Part shown: piece after piece, positions 9,059 through 18,891 of the stretch | How the letters are laid out: each line of letters starts with the position of its first letter | Numbering within the stretch: the first letter of the stretch is position 1 | NCBI GenBank assembly: GCA_038841535.1 | Contig: JAWBTQ010000006.1 | Span: 6,425-70,424 of the forward strand | Source: Sulfolobales archaeon | GTDB taxonomy: Archaea > Thermoproteota > Thermoprotei_A > Sulfolobales > NBVN01 | Length of the DNA stretch: 64,000 nt | Direction: 5' to 3' | The notes under the pieces: generated by a model | What the model was told of the DNA's origin: nothing | The model's input: the letters and a program-made list of their open reading frames with translations, nothing else | Databases searched by the model: none | Made by a program: the position numbers and the translations under genes

Positions 9059-9529
9059 ACTTAGTGAAGAGCTTTTTCCTTAAAAGACAGAACCTTAAAC
9101 ACTAGGTTCTCGATATAGAGCTAGAGTAGTCACACCACCACACATCCCGTAGCTCTCGACATCTAGTCGTAGAATTAGTTAAGTGCGTTGACCTAAATGA
9201 GAGAAAGATCCCAGAGCTAGCCTAGAGGTTGCGACGTCTTTAGCCGCTAGAGCTAACGTGTTGATGACGTGTTTGCTGAGCATAACGAGTTACTGAGAGA
9301 ATAAGTCATTAGAAGGAGATGTCTCATAATACCATCGCACACGCAACTAGGTCTTTGCCAAACACTTCGTTAAAGCATTAGCGTAGTCCTCTTAGTGAGG
9401 TCCACGATCATAATCCAGCACTGCTTGAATGAGAGTGATTCATCGAGGTTAGTTGTTGGATTATACTCTAGTGAGGGGGAAGCGCAATCCTAGATTCCCA
9501 TAGTCTTCGCTCTTAAGCTAGAAAGGGAG

Positions 9530-10402
9530 CTAATGCTTCATGCCTTCCCTAATTGTATACAGTGCGCCTAGTATAGTGATCGACATCCCTATGAGCACGT
9601 TCGAACTAACTTCTTGGGATAAGACTAACGACGCTAGAATCGTAGCTCCTGGTGCTTCCCCAAACCCTATGACAGTCGCTACGTAAGATTTCATGTACTT
9701 TACTAAGTAGTTTATAACTGTATGTCCACCAAGCATTGGTATTAGGGCTAATAACACGAGGTATATCCACATATTCAGCTCTACTGGCAGCACTGACTGA
9801 TTCGTTGCCACAGAATAAGCAAATATGAAAATAGTGGAAGAACTATAGCAGACTACAGTATAGCTTGCTAAGCTAATACCTCTCTTTCTTAAGTATCTAC
9901 CTATGGTAAAGTAGGCTGCTGCGGTGATAGCACCAGTAAGCGCTAGAATTGAACCATAGAGAGCTCTCTCGACGAGATAGGGTTGCACAGCAATAACAGT
10001 ACCGCAAAAAGCGATGAGGATTCCAAGAAGCTCCGACCACCTTGGTTTCGAGATCCTCAAAGCCGTTTCATACAGCATTGCTATCAATGGGTAGAGAACT
10101 ACTATTGTTGTAGACAGTGATATTGGTATGTAAAATAAGGATTCCATCCACGTGAGAAAGTGGGTAGCTAAGAGAATACCTGATAGTATTGATAGAGAAA
10201 AATACTTGATATCTCCCGGATGCAGGTTACTCGAACCTCTAGAGAGAGAATATAATGCTATCAGTAACGTCGCAATAAAGAGCCTCCAAAAAGCACACGC
10301 TAGCGCCGTCGCCCCCGAGAGAACCACGATTACGGACGCGGAGGATATGCTAAGCCATGCCACTACGATAAGAGCGTACTGGACTGCTCTACTCAACATC
10401 AC
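9530..10402 (-). CDS. EamA/DMT-superfamily transporter
   Basis: 290-aa ORF with about 10 predicted TM helices in two internally similar halves, typical of drug/metabolite transporters. Confidence 0.7.
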   Translation of the reverse strand: MMLSRAVQYALIVVAWLSISSASVIVVLSGATALACAFWRLFIATLLIALYSLSRGSSNLHPGDIKYFSLSILSGILLATHFLTWMESLFYIPISLSTTIVVLYPLIAMLYETALRISKPRWSELLGILIAFCGTVIAVQPYLVERALYGSILALTGAITAAAYFTIGRYLRKRGISLASYTVVCYSSSTIFIFAYSVATNQSVLPVELNMWIYLVLLALIPMLGGHTVINYLVKYMKSYVATVIGFGEAPGATILASLVLSQEVSSNVLIGMSITILGALYTIREGMKH

Positions 10403-10875
10403 CTACCGAGAAAAGTGTACTCCAATACTCCTAAAAACTTAAGTAGAACACCTTAATGATGTCGCCTTATTAAGGCATTCAACTCCTCCAGGTGTTAGAA
10501 ACCTCAAGAAGGAACTACAAGAACGGGAGCTCAGTTACTAGTAATCGGCTCCTAATTCGATTAGCGCCGTTTAGATGACTCATAGGACTTATTCCTAAAG
10601 AAAAGCCAGCACGAAAGGTAAGTATTAGAGCGCTGCACTAACATCGACTAACCAACAGAACTGGCTGAAAACGAAACCCAGAAGTAGAAATGGAAGCAAC
10701 CTTACTCGCAGTACGAATGCGTTGCGAAGATGTTGACAACTGGGAGAGTTTATTCAAGATGCGAGTCTCAACTGTAAATTAGAGAACTCTATGTAGTAGC
10801 TGTGGGTAGAGACAACCTTGACGTTAGGGTTATCGAAATTCGTTCAGTATGAAGCTTAAATACTAGATCCCGTCT

Positions 10876-11358
10876 ATGAGAAGGAGTGGTACTAGTAATT
10901 TCGTGTGTTATTTAATAAAATTTAATAGGTTGGTGGGACTACAGTTATTGGGTAAGAATTCGGTGTCGAAAAATCCTGACAGGCGAGAATTTTACCCAAA
11001 GAGAGAATTTAGGGATAGAGAGCTAGCTGAGCCAAAGCCTTTAGGCAATATGTGTAATAACCTCTGTCCACTGTTCAAATGCGCTAAAAACGCCTTAGTC
11101 TTCTCCACGAAAGTCGTAAAAGGCTACACTCAGAAAGTAGCTATGTGTAGACTAACTGGAGACCAGTGTATTGGATATGGTTGCCAATTTGCTTACTGCG
11201 ATAGAAAGGCACTTCTACCAAACGGTAACTGTGCCTTTACTGTAAAGTTTAAAGATGGTGAGGACTTCTTTAACGAGCTCGAGAAAGAGGAGCTGAAGCT
11301 TTCAACAAAAAGTAGACTTGTGAAAAGGTACAGCAAAAAAGACATCTTTGTGGAATAA
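10876..11358 (+). CDS. Cys-rich hypothetical protein
   Basis: 160-aa ORF. It has the cysteine cluster MCNNLCPLFKC...CRLTGDQCIGYGCQFAYC...NGNC. The true start may be an internal Met. Confidence 0.4.
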   Translation: MRRSGTSNFVCYLIKFNRLVGLQLLGKNSVSKNPDRREFYPKREFRDRELAEPKPLGNMCNNLCPLFKCAKNALVFSTKVVKGYTQKVAMCRLTGDQCIGYGCQFAYCDRKALLPNGNCAFTVKFKDGEDFFNELEKEELKLSTKSRLVKRYSKKDIFVE

Positions 11359-11376
11359 CATTCGTTCGGGACCCCT

Positions 11377-12528
11377 GTGTCTCGAGAGGAAGGCCTTTAC
11401 GAAAAAGAGCCACCGATCCCCCCAAACGAGTATGTGAGAATCAGGCATACGGTGATTAGAGAGTTTGTTAGTAAGATCTTCGTCGCTGCCGGATTATCCA
11501 GTAGCGACTCGTGGATAGTAGCCGACGTGTTGGTTACTGCCGATCTAATGGGGATCTCCAGTCACGGCATTCAGCGAGTACGGAGGTACGTTGATGGACT
11601 ACTTCACTGCTGTGTTAACCCAAAACCGAAAATGAGAGTAGTGAGAGACTTTGGTGCTACGGCTCTAATAGATGCTGACAACGGCTTAGGGCATATAGCC
11701 GGAGTGAAGGCTGTAGAAGTGGCTGTGGAAAAAGCTAAGAAATACGGTATCTCGCTAGTACTCGTCAAAAATAGCCATCACTACGGAATAGCGGGCTACT
11801 ATTCCCTTAGGGCTGTTGAAAGAGGATTAATTGGTGTATCAACAACAAACTCTGAGAAACTCGTGGCGTACGTTAACACCACTACTAGAAGTCTGGGAAC
11901 AAACCCTATAGCAGTGGGTATCCCTAGAAGAGTTCCCCCGCCAATACTTTTCGATGCAGCAACTTCTGTGGTTCCGGTCGGAAGAATAGAGGTATATGCT
12001 AAGTTAGGAAAGAAAGTCCCAGACGGTTGGGTAATAGACCATGAAGGTAGAATGCTTAACGGCGATGCTACTAAAATACTCTCGGAAATAAAGGCTGGTA
12101 GGGCATCAATCCTCCCACTGGGGGGATTAGGAGAGGAGTTCGGTGGGCATAAAGGCTCTGGTTTAGCTTTTATAATAGACGTGATCTCGGGAGTGCTTTC
12201 TGGGGCCGCATGGGGTCTCCACGTTAAGTATACTACTGATGTAGCACCGGCAAACGTTGGGCACTCTTTTGCCGCTATCGATATTGACGCATTTATGCCT
12301 AGAGAGGAATTCTATGAACGAATAGAAAGCTACATCAACGAACTCAAGTCATTAAAGAAGCACCCAAGTGCTGACAGAATATGGATTCCCGGGGAGAAAG
12401 CCTGGAGTACCATGATGACTAGGCTACAGATAGGAGTACCAGTTCATATCAAAGTTTGCGAAGAGCTTAACCTTCTAGCTGGAAACTTGGGTATTAGTGA
12501 GAGACTGTGTGATATAAGTAAAAGCTAA
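11377..12528 (+). CDS. Ldh_2-family malate / L-sulfolactate dehydrogenase
   Basis: 383-aa ORF. ISSHGIQRVRRYV, NSHHYG and FGGHKGSGLAF match the type-2 malate/L-lactate dehydrogenase family. Confidence 0.8.
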   Translation: MSREEGLYEKEPPIPPNEYVRIRHTVIREFVSKIFVAAGLSSSDSWIVADVLVTADLMGISSHGIQRVRRYVDGLLHCCVNPKPKMRVVRDFGATALIDADNGLGHIAGVKAVEVAVEKAKKYGISLVLVKNSHHYGIAGYYSLRAVERGLIGVSTTNSEKLVAYVNTTTRSLGTNPIAVGIPRRVPPPILFDAATSVVPVGRIEVYAKLGKKVPDGWVIDHEGRMLNGDATKILSEIKAGRASILPLGGLGEEFGGHKGSGLAFIIDVISGVLSGAAWGLHVKYTTDVAPANVGHSFAAIDIDAFMPREEFYERIESYINELKSLKKHPSADRIWIPGEKAWSTMMTRLQIGVPVHIKVCEELNLLAGNLGISERLCDISKS

Positions 12529-12604
12529 GCTTTCACACCCGAGACATGGGGAGATTCGTTCTTGCTAGCTGCCTACCACTACTTGTTAGTTGTTATTAGA
12601 GAGC

Positions 12605-13804
12605 TTAGGACCTAATATCATCAAAAGTTAGTATTACGATACCAGTAGGTTTCTTGCTTATAGCTCCTATCCTAGCACCAATCAACATATTAACACCTTT
12701 AGCTGAAGCTATGTCTAGCAGTCTCTGAGTTATGACGCCGTCCATGACTACTGCGTAAGCATCCTTAATCTCATCACTAATGAGCTTGTCTACTAAGTCT
12801 TTTACTGGTACCCTCAAAGTTTCGTTCCAATTCTTATCGTACACTACACTCTCTAGAGTACCTCTTAAGGATTCCACGGTTTTTATTAGTGATTCGGGAA
12901 CAGTTATTTCGCTGATTGCTTCTGCCTCCGGAACTGTGACGGCTGGGAGCGCTTTGATTTCCTCCTCCACTCTTTCAGCAGCTTCTTTCGCAATATGCTG
13001 CAAGTATGCCTCTAAAGGTGTTGCGTTTTTTAAAGCTTTAGCTATCTCTTTTCCAGTCAGCTCCTCAACTTCCCTACCTGGTGGAGCTCTGGCCACCATG
13101 TCTATTTTAGCTACACGTGCTAACTCCTTGAGGATCATGTCACCAGCTCTATCGCCATCAAGAAACGCTATAGTCTTTTTAGATTGAGATAACCTTATTA
13201 TGGTCTCTGGGATCTCGCCCTTAGCGCCCTCAAGTGCAACGACGTTTTTATAGCCATACTTAAGGAGGTTTATGACGTCAGCTCTTCCTTCAACTACTAC
13301 TAAGGTGTCGGATTTTTCGACATCGGGTCCTGCTGGAAGTCTTTCCGGTCCGTAATATATCAACTCAGCGGTCTTAACCGAGGATTCTATCTCTTGGAGT
13401 ACCTCTTTAACGTCTACTTCCTTTTCCTTGATCATAGTTTGCATTATTTCCTTAGCTCGCTCGACAATTCTCTTGATCTTCTCTTTTCGTACGTCAACTA
13501 TGTCTACTACCTTAATCTTAGCGTTAAAAGGACCAACTTTATCTACGAACTCGAGCATTGCTGCTACAAGAGCTGTCTCAACTCGGTCTAAGTTTGAGGG
13601 AAGAAGTATCTCTCCAACAATCTTAGACCCCTGCTGCTTCGTCTCGACAGAGATCCTGCCAATCCTCCCTTTCTCCTGCAGATCCCTAAGGTCCAGCTCG
13701 GAACCAAACAGTCCCTCAGTTTGACCAAAGATAGCTCCTATGATGTCGTGCTTATCTACTACACCATCTACCTCCACTTTAGCCCTCACTACATACTTTA
13801 CCAT
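12605..13804 (-). CDS. dnaG: archaeal DnaG-type primase (Toprim domain)
   Basis: 399-aa ORF. The N-terminus MVKYVVRAKVEVDGVVDKHDIIGAIFGQTEGLFG is characteristic of archaeal DnaG. The Toprim core is LVVVEGRADV ... AFLDGDRAGD. Confidence 0.9.
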   Translation of the reverse strand: MVKYVVRAKVEVDGVVDKHDIIGAIFGQTEGLFGSELDLRDLQEKGRIGRISVETKQQGSKIVGEILLPSNLDRVETALVAAMLEFVDKVGPFNAKIKVVDIVDVRKEKIKRIVERAKEIMQTMIKEKEVDVKEVLQEIESSVKTAELIYYGPERLPAGPDVEKSDTLVVVEGRADVINLLKYGYKNVVALEGAKGEIPETIIRLSQSKKTIAFLDGDRAGDMILKELARVAKIDMVARAPPGREVEELTGKEIAKALKNATPLEAYLQHIAKEAAERVEEEIKALPAVTVPEAEAISEITVPESLIKTVESLRGTLESVVYDKNWNETLRVPVKDLVDKLISDEIKDAYAVVMDGVITQRLLDIASAKGVNMLIGARIGAISKKPTGIVILTFDDIRS

Positions 13805-13861
13805 TAGGTTAGCACCCAGTCTAACTGTTACTTATCACTACGATAACATTCTGCTAGCTAG

Positions 13862-14422
13862 TTAAAAGTGCGTTGTATTGATTGAACTACGAGTTTTCGC
13901 CCCCAGAGTCGAGAAAGGAAGTCGTTTGTTACGTGAGCGGTCGAAGAACTTGAATTCGATCTCTCCGCTTCTAGTAACACACCAAACGAAATCTCCCTCG
14001 GTCTTAAGAAGCCTCACTGCTAACTCCTTAACATACTCGAGATCCGTACGACTTACCGCTAACTTAGAACCAGACTCAGAACATACTATCTTCTGCAGAC
14101 CGTACCTACACCTCAGCTCTCCCTGGCAATAAACACACTGAACATCGATATAACCCGGTAATAACCCTATGTAGTAACCCTGGGAGGCCTCAAAGTAAGA
14201 GCAACCTTGGGGAAACTGGTTCGGAAGACCTTCAGAGATTTTAACACCACTAAATAGACACTCCCAGGGTTCCTCCTCTACCTCGGTTTCGCAAAGACGT
14301 TTGATTAAGTCTACTATTGATCTGTTTACGCATGTCTCTACGTAAGTAAAAGCTATAGTTCCAGAACTACAGTAACTTATTACTACATTAGCCACATTAC
14401 TCGCTTGTTCCTGAGGACTCAT
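13862..14422 (-). CDS. Cys-rich hypothetical protein
   Basis: 186-aa ORF. It contains CVYCQGELRC...C and other cysteines, with no recognised family. Confidence 0.4.
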   Translation of the reverse strand: MSPQEQASNVANVVISYCSSGTIAFTYVETCVNRSIVDLIKRLCETEVEEEPWECLFSGVKISEGLPNQFPQGCSYFEASQGYYIGLLPGYIDVQCVYCQGELRCRYGLQKIVCSESGSKLAVSRTDLEYVKELAVRLLKTEGDFVWCVTRSGEIEFKFFDRSRNKRLPFSTLGAKTRSSINTTHF

Positions 14423-14892
14423 TACTGTTGTACCTCACTTTCTTGAGTCCAAGTACATCCACATCACCTACGTGTTAGGGGAAATATCTATTTGTTTGAG
14501 TATAGCTCAGTCAGTTTTGTAGATATTTTATGTAGGCGAGGGATTTGGGAAACTCTACGGTGGTTATGTGGAAATACTTAAAGTGTTTAAGAGAACGGAC
14601 CGCGTCTCAAGGTGTAGTCCACGCGTCGTTAAGCTCGATTAGCGTCAATGACCTCTGTGTAGAGTAGCTAGCAGCTACGGTAAACTGTAAGATCGAAATA
14701 CACCCCGTCCTAGCGGAACCTATAGACATAGAGAGGAGAAAAAGTCGTAAGTGGTAGCCGAATTCGGCTAGAGTAAGGCTCTTATTACTAATCACTAACC
14801 TTAGTTCTGAGTAAGTTAAGCTTTATCACTAAAACAAGATATGGCAGAAAATTACTAAACTAATGCACCTACTAACATATGCCTTAAGCAAC

Positions 14893-15120
14893 TGTTCCGG
14901 GTTTCGTGATGGTTTGTGTTGCTTAATAGATGCTGCGGAAACTCTTATGAGTGCTTCCGCATGGATTAGTGTAGAGGCTACTCAATGAGGGAGCGGGAGC
15001 CACGTAGATGAGGTGCGGGCTCTCCCCGAGGGCAACCACCAGATGTGGGGTGCCCGGGGTTACCCTGAACGTCCTCAAGCCCGATGAGGTCCCGAGCGGA
15101 ATGCGGGGGAACAGAGATAG
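14893..15120 (+). pseudogene. orphan tnpB C-terminal relic
   Basis: The frame reads CSGFRDGLCCLIDAAETLMSASAWISVEATQ*GSGSHVDEVRALPEGNHQMWGARGYPERPQAR*..NAGEQR*. It is homologous to the tail of the 4831-5247 relic (IYAEVPR*...KMWGARGRPERPQG...DAGEQK*). Confidence 0.45.
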
Positions 15121-15166
15121 GGCAATGAAATAGATCCATATAAACCATCATGAGAGCTGAACCTCT
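14985..15166 (+). repeat. copy B of the GC-rich module (candidate omega-RNA / IS right end)
   Basis: See copy A. It lies in the gene-free interval 14423-15420. Confidence 0.8.
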
Positions 15167-15420
15167 GAAGACACCTGAACCTATTCTACACTTAAGAAGA
15201 GTTCTTTAGTAAGCTGGATGCCTGGAGTTAGTGCTTTTAACTCGAAAACTCCGGTAGAGCTATAGCGAGCTAATCCCGGGGGGCTTAAAGTGGTGGGCTA
15301 AGCTTAGGATCTCTAATCATTTAATAGCCTCAAGAGCGATCTACCTCTATGTTGCTAGCTGGGACTCTGCTTCTTTTAGATTAAATTGAGCGCTTAGGCT
15401 ATAGATACGGGTTCAACTCC

Positions 15421-16263
15421 TTGAAAAAGGTGGTAGTAGCCTATAGCACCTTAGATGTGGCTGGTCGCGGTATTGCAACGAAATTAGCTAATTTAGCTGG
15501 TTGCCGAAACACTACCGTGAGAGAGATTCCCGAAGCTTGTATTGCTGAAATAGGTGATAGTGAAGTAGTAATCGCAGGGTTTAATGAGGATGTGCTGTAT
15601 TTTAACTTCTTGGATGAATTACTTGAAGCCAGTTACTATGTTATAGTATCAAGGCATAGCGCTACCTCAGGAATAAAGTCTCTCACTGTTCACCACACCG
15701 GAAATCCATCAAATAAAGCCGAGTACGGGGGTAGACCACGGGAGCTAGCTATAGCTAATCCACCAATAGCATTTTCGATACTGAAAGAACTAAGCAAGCT
15801 ATCTATAAGCCACAGAATCGAGGACACTGAAATAACCTATGAAGTCACTCATCACGGACCAACAGAGGTTAGAAAGCCTCTGACTTTTGCCGAAATAGGT
15901 TCCTCGATTAATGAGTGGTCGAACGAGCTATACCAGGAAGTTCTAGCTAAGGCCGTTTATAGAGCTATTGCTGAACCTCAGTCTATCTGCACTTCCTCAG
16001 TAGGTATAGGGGGAGGTCACTACGCACACCAGTTCACTCAGAGAGCTTTTAATCAAAGCGAGTGCTACGGCCACATAATATCGAGACACGCTATAAAAGA
16101 CCTCCGAGAGTCCCCAGAGTTATTGGAGTCTATACTGAGGCAAGCCATAGTGAGGTCGAGTACTCAAACCAGGAGGATCGTTTTAGAAGGAAAGGTGCCG
16201 GGATACGTAAAGCAGGTTGCTAACTCTATCGCGGGCGATTACGGCTTAGATGTTACTGAATAG
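15421..16263 (+). CDS. dtdA: archaeal D-aminoacyl-tRNA deacylase (DTD2/DtdA)
   Basis: 280-aa ORF. SRHSA..KSLTVHHTGN, YEVTHHGPTE, AEIGSS..EW and GIGGGHYA reproduce the conserved blocks of archaeal DTD2. The start is TTG at 15421, or GTG at 15430. Confidence 0.85.
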   Translation: MKKVVVAYSTLDVAGRGIATKLANLAGCRNTTVREIPEACIAEIGDSEVVIAGFNEDVLYFNFLDELLEASYYVIVSRHSATSGIKSLTVHHTGNPSNKAEYGGRPRELAIANPPIAFSILKELSKLSISHRIEDTEITYEVTHHGPTEVRKPLTFAEIGSSINEWSNELYQEVLAKAVYRAIAEPQSICTSSVGIGGGHYAHQFTQRAFNQSECYGHIISRHAIKDLRESPELLESILRQAIVRSSTQTRRIVLEGKVPGYVKQVANSIAGDYGLDVTE

Positions 16264-16302
16264 CAAAGCTATTACCTCGTAAAAAACAACATACTGGTAG
16301 CA

Positions 16303-16947
16303 GTGTCGATGAGTAAGGAATCGATGTGGGGTGAAATAAGAGCAGAGATCTCTGTGTGCGTTAAGTGCTCACTATCTAGATCAAGAACTAGAGTTGTCCC
16401 AGGTGAAGGAAATCTCTTCTCTAATGTGATGCTCTTAGGAGAAGCGCCCGGGAGAAACGAGGACGAAGAGGGGAGGCCGTTCGTAGGAGCTGCTGGCAGA
16501 CTCCTCGATAAACTAATTGAAGGAGCAGGCTTTAAACGCGAGGACCTATTTATAACTAACGTAGTTAAATGTAGACCTCCAAACAACAGGGAACCCAAGC
16601 TAGATGAGCTAGTGACATGCTCGTACTTTACTGACAGAATAATCGCAATAGTTGATCCCAGAACTATCGTTGCGCTCGGCAATTATGCTGGCTACTACCT
16701 ATTCGAGCTTAAAGGAGGTACCAAGTGGGCAGGTGTTACAAAAACGAGAGGTAGAGTATACAGGCTACCTATTCTTGGAGCTCAAAGAGCAGTGATACCA
16801 ACGTATCATCCCGCTGCTGCTCTATACAACCCGCAACTATACGAAGCTATCCGAGCAGACTTCGAGTTACTTAAAACTGTGGCGAGTGTAGGTAAAGGTT
16901 TAGAAGGATTACTTAAGTTCACTAAAAGTCGTGGTGGAGTGAGTTGA
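16303..16947 (+). CDS. udg: family-4 uracil-DNA glycosylase
   Basis: 214-aa ORF with C..C at the N-terminus, GEAPGRNEDEEGRPFVGAAGRLL (the GExPG..ED..G.PFvG.aG motif) and a C-terminal HPAA. Confidence 0.9.
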   Translation: MSMSKESMWGEIRAEISVCVKCSLSRSRTRVVPGEGNLFSNVMLLGEAPGRNEDEEGRPFVGAAGRLLDKLIEGAGFKREDLFITNVVKCRPPNNREPKLDELVTCSYFTDRIIAIVDPRTIVALGNYAGYYLFELKGGTKWAGVTKTRGRVYRLPILGAQRAVIPTYHPAAALYNPQLYEAIRADFELLKTVASVGKGLEGLLKFTKSRGGVS

Positions 16948-17414
16948 GTCAGGACAAGATATCGAAATACTTAGAGAACCGAATTAGGGAAATTGAGAAG
17001 AAGATTAAGGAGTTATCGGAAGAACTAGAGATACTGAAGCAGATAGCTTCAGCTTTCCCCGGCTCGAAGCAAGGAGTGGTGCAGCAAGTCCACAGTGAAG
17101 AAGCTAAAGTAGCTCAGCAGGAGAAAATTAAGGTGATTTATGCCGAGGACGAGATAATCGCTAACGAGATAGTGGCAGACAATATGGTTAAAATAGTTCT
17201 CAGGGGTGGGATAAGGTCCGAGGACGAGATAGTAGTAAACTTCTTGCTCAAAATCCTAGAGGAATTGAAGGGAAGAAAGGACTTAGACGACTTCAAACTT
17301 AAGGAAAGTGGAGGGTATATAACTCAAATAGACTTACTCAACCCAACGTCTATAGCAATAAGGCAAGTCGAGATAGCACTAAGATACGTGTGGAGTAAGC
17401 ATTCTTCGGGTTAG
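16944..17414 (+). CDS. hypothetical coiled-coil protein
   Basis: 156-aa ORF whose TTG start overlaps the udg stop by 4 nt. The N-terminal segment is heptad-rich. Confidence 0.45.
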   Translation: MSQDKISKYLENRIREIEKKIKELSEELEILKQIASAFPGSKQGVVQQVHSEEAKVAQQEKIKVIYAEDEIIANEIVADNMVKIVLRGGIRSEDEIVVNFLLKILEELKGRKDLDDFKLKESGGYITQIDLLNPTSIAIRQVEIALRYVWSKHSSG

Positions 17415-17430
17415 CTGGCTTCATCGTATA

Positions 17431-18780
17431 CTAAGAAACTGAGAGCTCTCTATCTTTTCTGGCGACTACATATGTTGCTACCAGCGATAACAGTACAGCA
17501 GGGAGTGACGCGACTGTTACTGCTTCCCCTGTATGTGGACCGGTTAAGACTATGGCAAAATCGAATGCTGAAGGAACTTTGCTGACTTTGATAGCTCTTC
17601 CTTCGAGTGAAACCTGAATTACCTGCGTATACATGCGACCTTCAGCTAATCTCGCAACTCCCCTCTCGTCGTACATCGCCCTAGCGTACAGAACCACAGG
17701 CACGCTTTCACTTATATACCTCCCGAAGGCCTCAGTCCGAATTTCAACATCCCCTGAAAGAGGGTTTTGCGAAGAGTCTACTGATTTACCCGACAGCTCA
17801 GGGTTTACGAGAAACCCTATTTTAAGCAGCCTTAGCAATACTATGTCCGTATAAACGTATTCAAACCCGCTGTAGCCATAGCCTGTATCAGTAACCATCT
17901 TCAATAACATGGTGTCTGAATACCCATTTATCTTCACGCTTCCCGCATAAACTACTACGAGATTAGCGTCTGTACTAAAGGAGTAGTAAAACATAGTCGC
18001 TGCAGTTGCTACTATTAACAATATCAATATGGCCTTCGTGAAAAACCCCAGACCTTCTCGGTATACTCTAAAAACTATGTATCTAAAGAAGAACCCCTCT
18101 CTAAATGCTCTTAACTCTAAGACTTTACTTCTACCGAGAATCCAAGCCATAGCTATACCTGTAATAAAGCCTCCTGCGTGTGCGAAGAAAGCGACCCCAC
18201 CTATCCTCATATACCCGTACAATACCTGCATAGCAAACCAGAAAACCAAGTATATAGACGCTCTAAGGGTAAAGCACGCCGGCAGAAACAATAGTGGAAA
18301 GCACGCAACAAGTGAAGTCCCGGGAAAGAACATTAGATAAGCCCCTAAAACACCACTAATAGCTCCCGAAGCCCCGACTGCTGGGATATCTATAGCCTCC
18401 AACCCAGATATAGAAATGGAGGCAGTGTGAAATAGCGCTGCTCCAATTCCAGAGACTATGTACAGAAGTAGAAATCTGCGAGAACCAACTAAGTCCTCGA
18501 CTCCTTTACCAAAGACGTACAGAAAGTACATGTTGAAGACTATGTGTAGCAGGTCAGCATGAATAAACATCGATGTAAACATTCTAACGACTCCCTCGTA
18601 TGAGAGAAGAAGAGCTGGGATGTAGCCTAACTTGTAGATATAGCTTGGCAATGTACTAGTGAAGTACGTTGTAGACGAAGTCACTATATAGACAACTGTA
18701 TTTAGAGCTATTATAGCGATAGTCATCAAGGGCGTGCGCCTCGGCACCGCACCCCCAAAGACATAGCCCACGGCTAGCAC
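17431..18780 (-). CDS. rhomboid-family intramembrane serine protease with extra C-terminal domain
   Basis: 449-aa ORF. FIHADLLHIVFNM, GASGAISGVLGAY (catalytic Ser) and AHAGGFITG (catalytic His) define the rhomboid core. About 230 further residues contain two more TM segments. Confidence 0.85.
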   Translation of the reverse strand: MLAVGYVFGGAVPRRTPLMTIAIIALNTVVYIVTSSTTYFTSTLPSYIYKLGYIPALLLSYEGVVRMFTSMFIHADLLHIVFNMYFLYVFGKGVEDLVGSRRFLLLYIVSGIGAALFHTASISISGLEAIDIPAVGASGAISGVLGAYLMFFPGTSLVACFPLLFLPACFTLRASIYLVFWFAMQVLYGYMRIGGVAFFAHAGGFITGIAMAWILGRSKVLELRAFREGFFFRYIVFRVYREGLGFFTKAILILLIVATAATMFYYSFSTDANLVVVYAGSVKINGYSDTMLLKMVTDTGYGYSGFEYVYTDIVLLRLLKIGFLVNPELSGKSVDSSQNPLSGDVEIRTEAFGRYISESVPVVLYARAMYDERGVARLAEGRMYTQVIQVSLEGRAIKVSKVPSAFDFAIVLTGPHTGEAVTVASLPAVLLSLVATYVVARKDRELSVS

Positions 18781-18891
18781 CGTAGCTTAGTATTGCTTAG
18801 ATATATATATGAGAAGCGGGAAACTGTACCATCGCGCCTCAGGCTAGAGATTTGGGAAGATCGAGCACTACGAATCCGATAACTAGCTAAG

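Noticed and set aside
9261-9296. C/D-box sRNA-like string: TGATGA, 8 nt, CTGA, 13 nt, CTGA.
   Set aside because: The spacers are too short for the 10-12-nt guides plus a C' box. There is no C' box and no terminal stem.
15409-15420. GGGTTCAACTCC, a T-loop-like motif immediately before dtdA, considered as a possible tRNA fragment or att remnant next to the IS relic.
   Set aside because: The flanking bases do not form a T stem or an acceptor stem, and no matching tRNA occurs in the window.
16272-16682. 136-aa minus-strand ORF overlapping the UDG gene.
   Set aside because: It is a shadow ORF. The plus-strand frame carries unambiguous family-4 UDG motifs.
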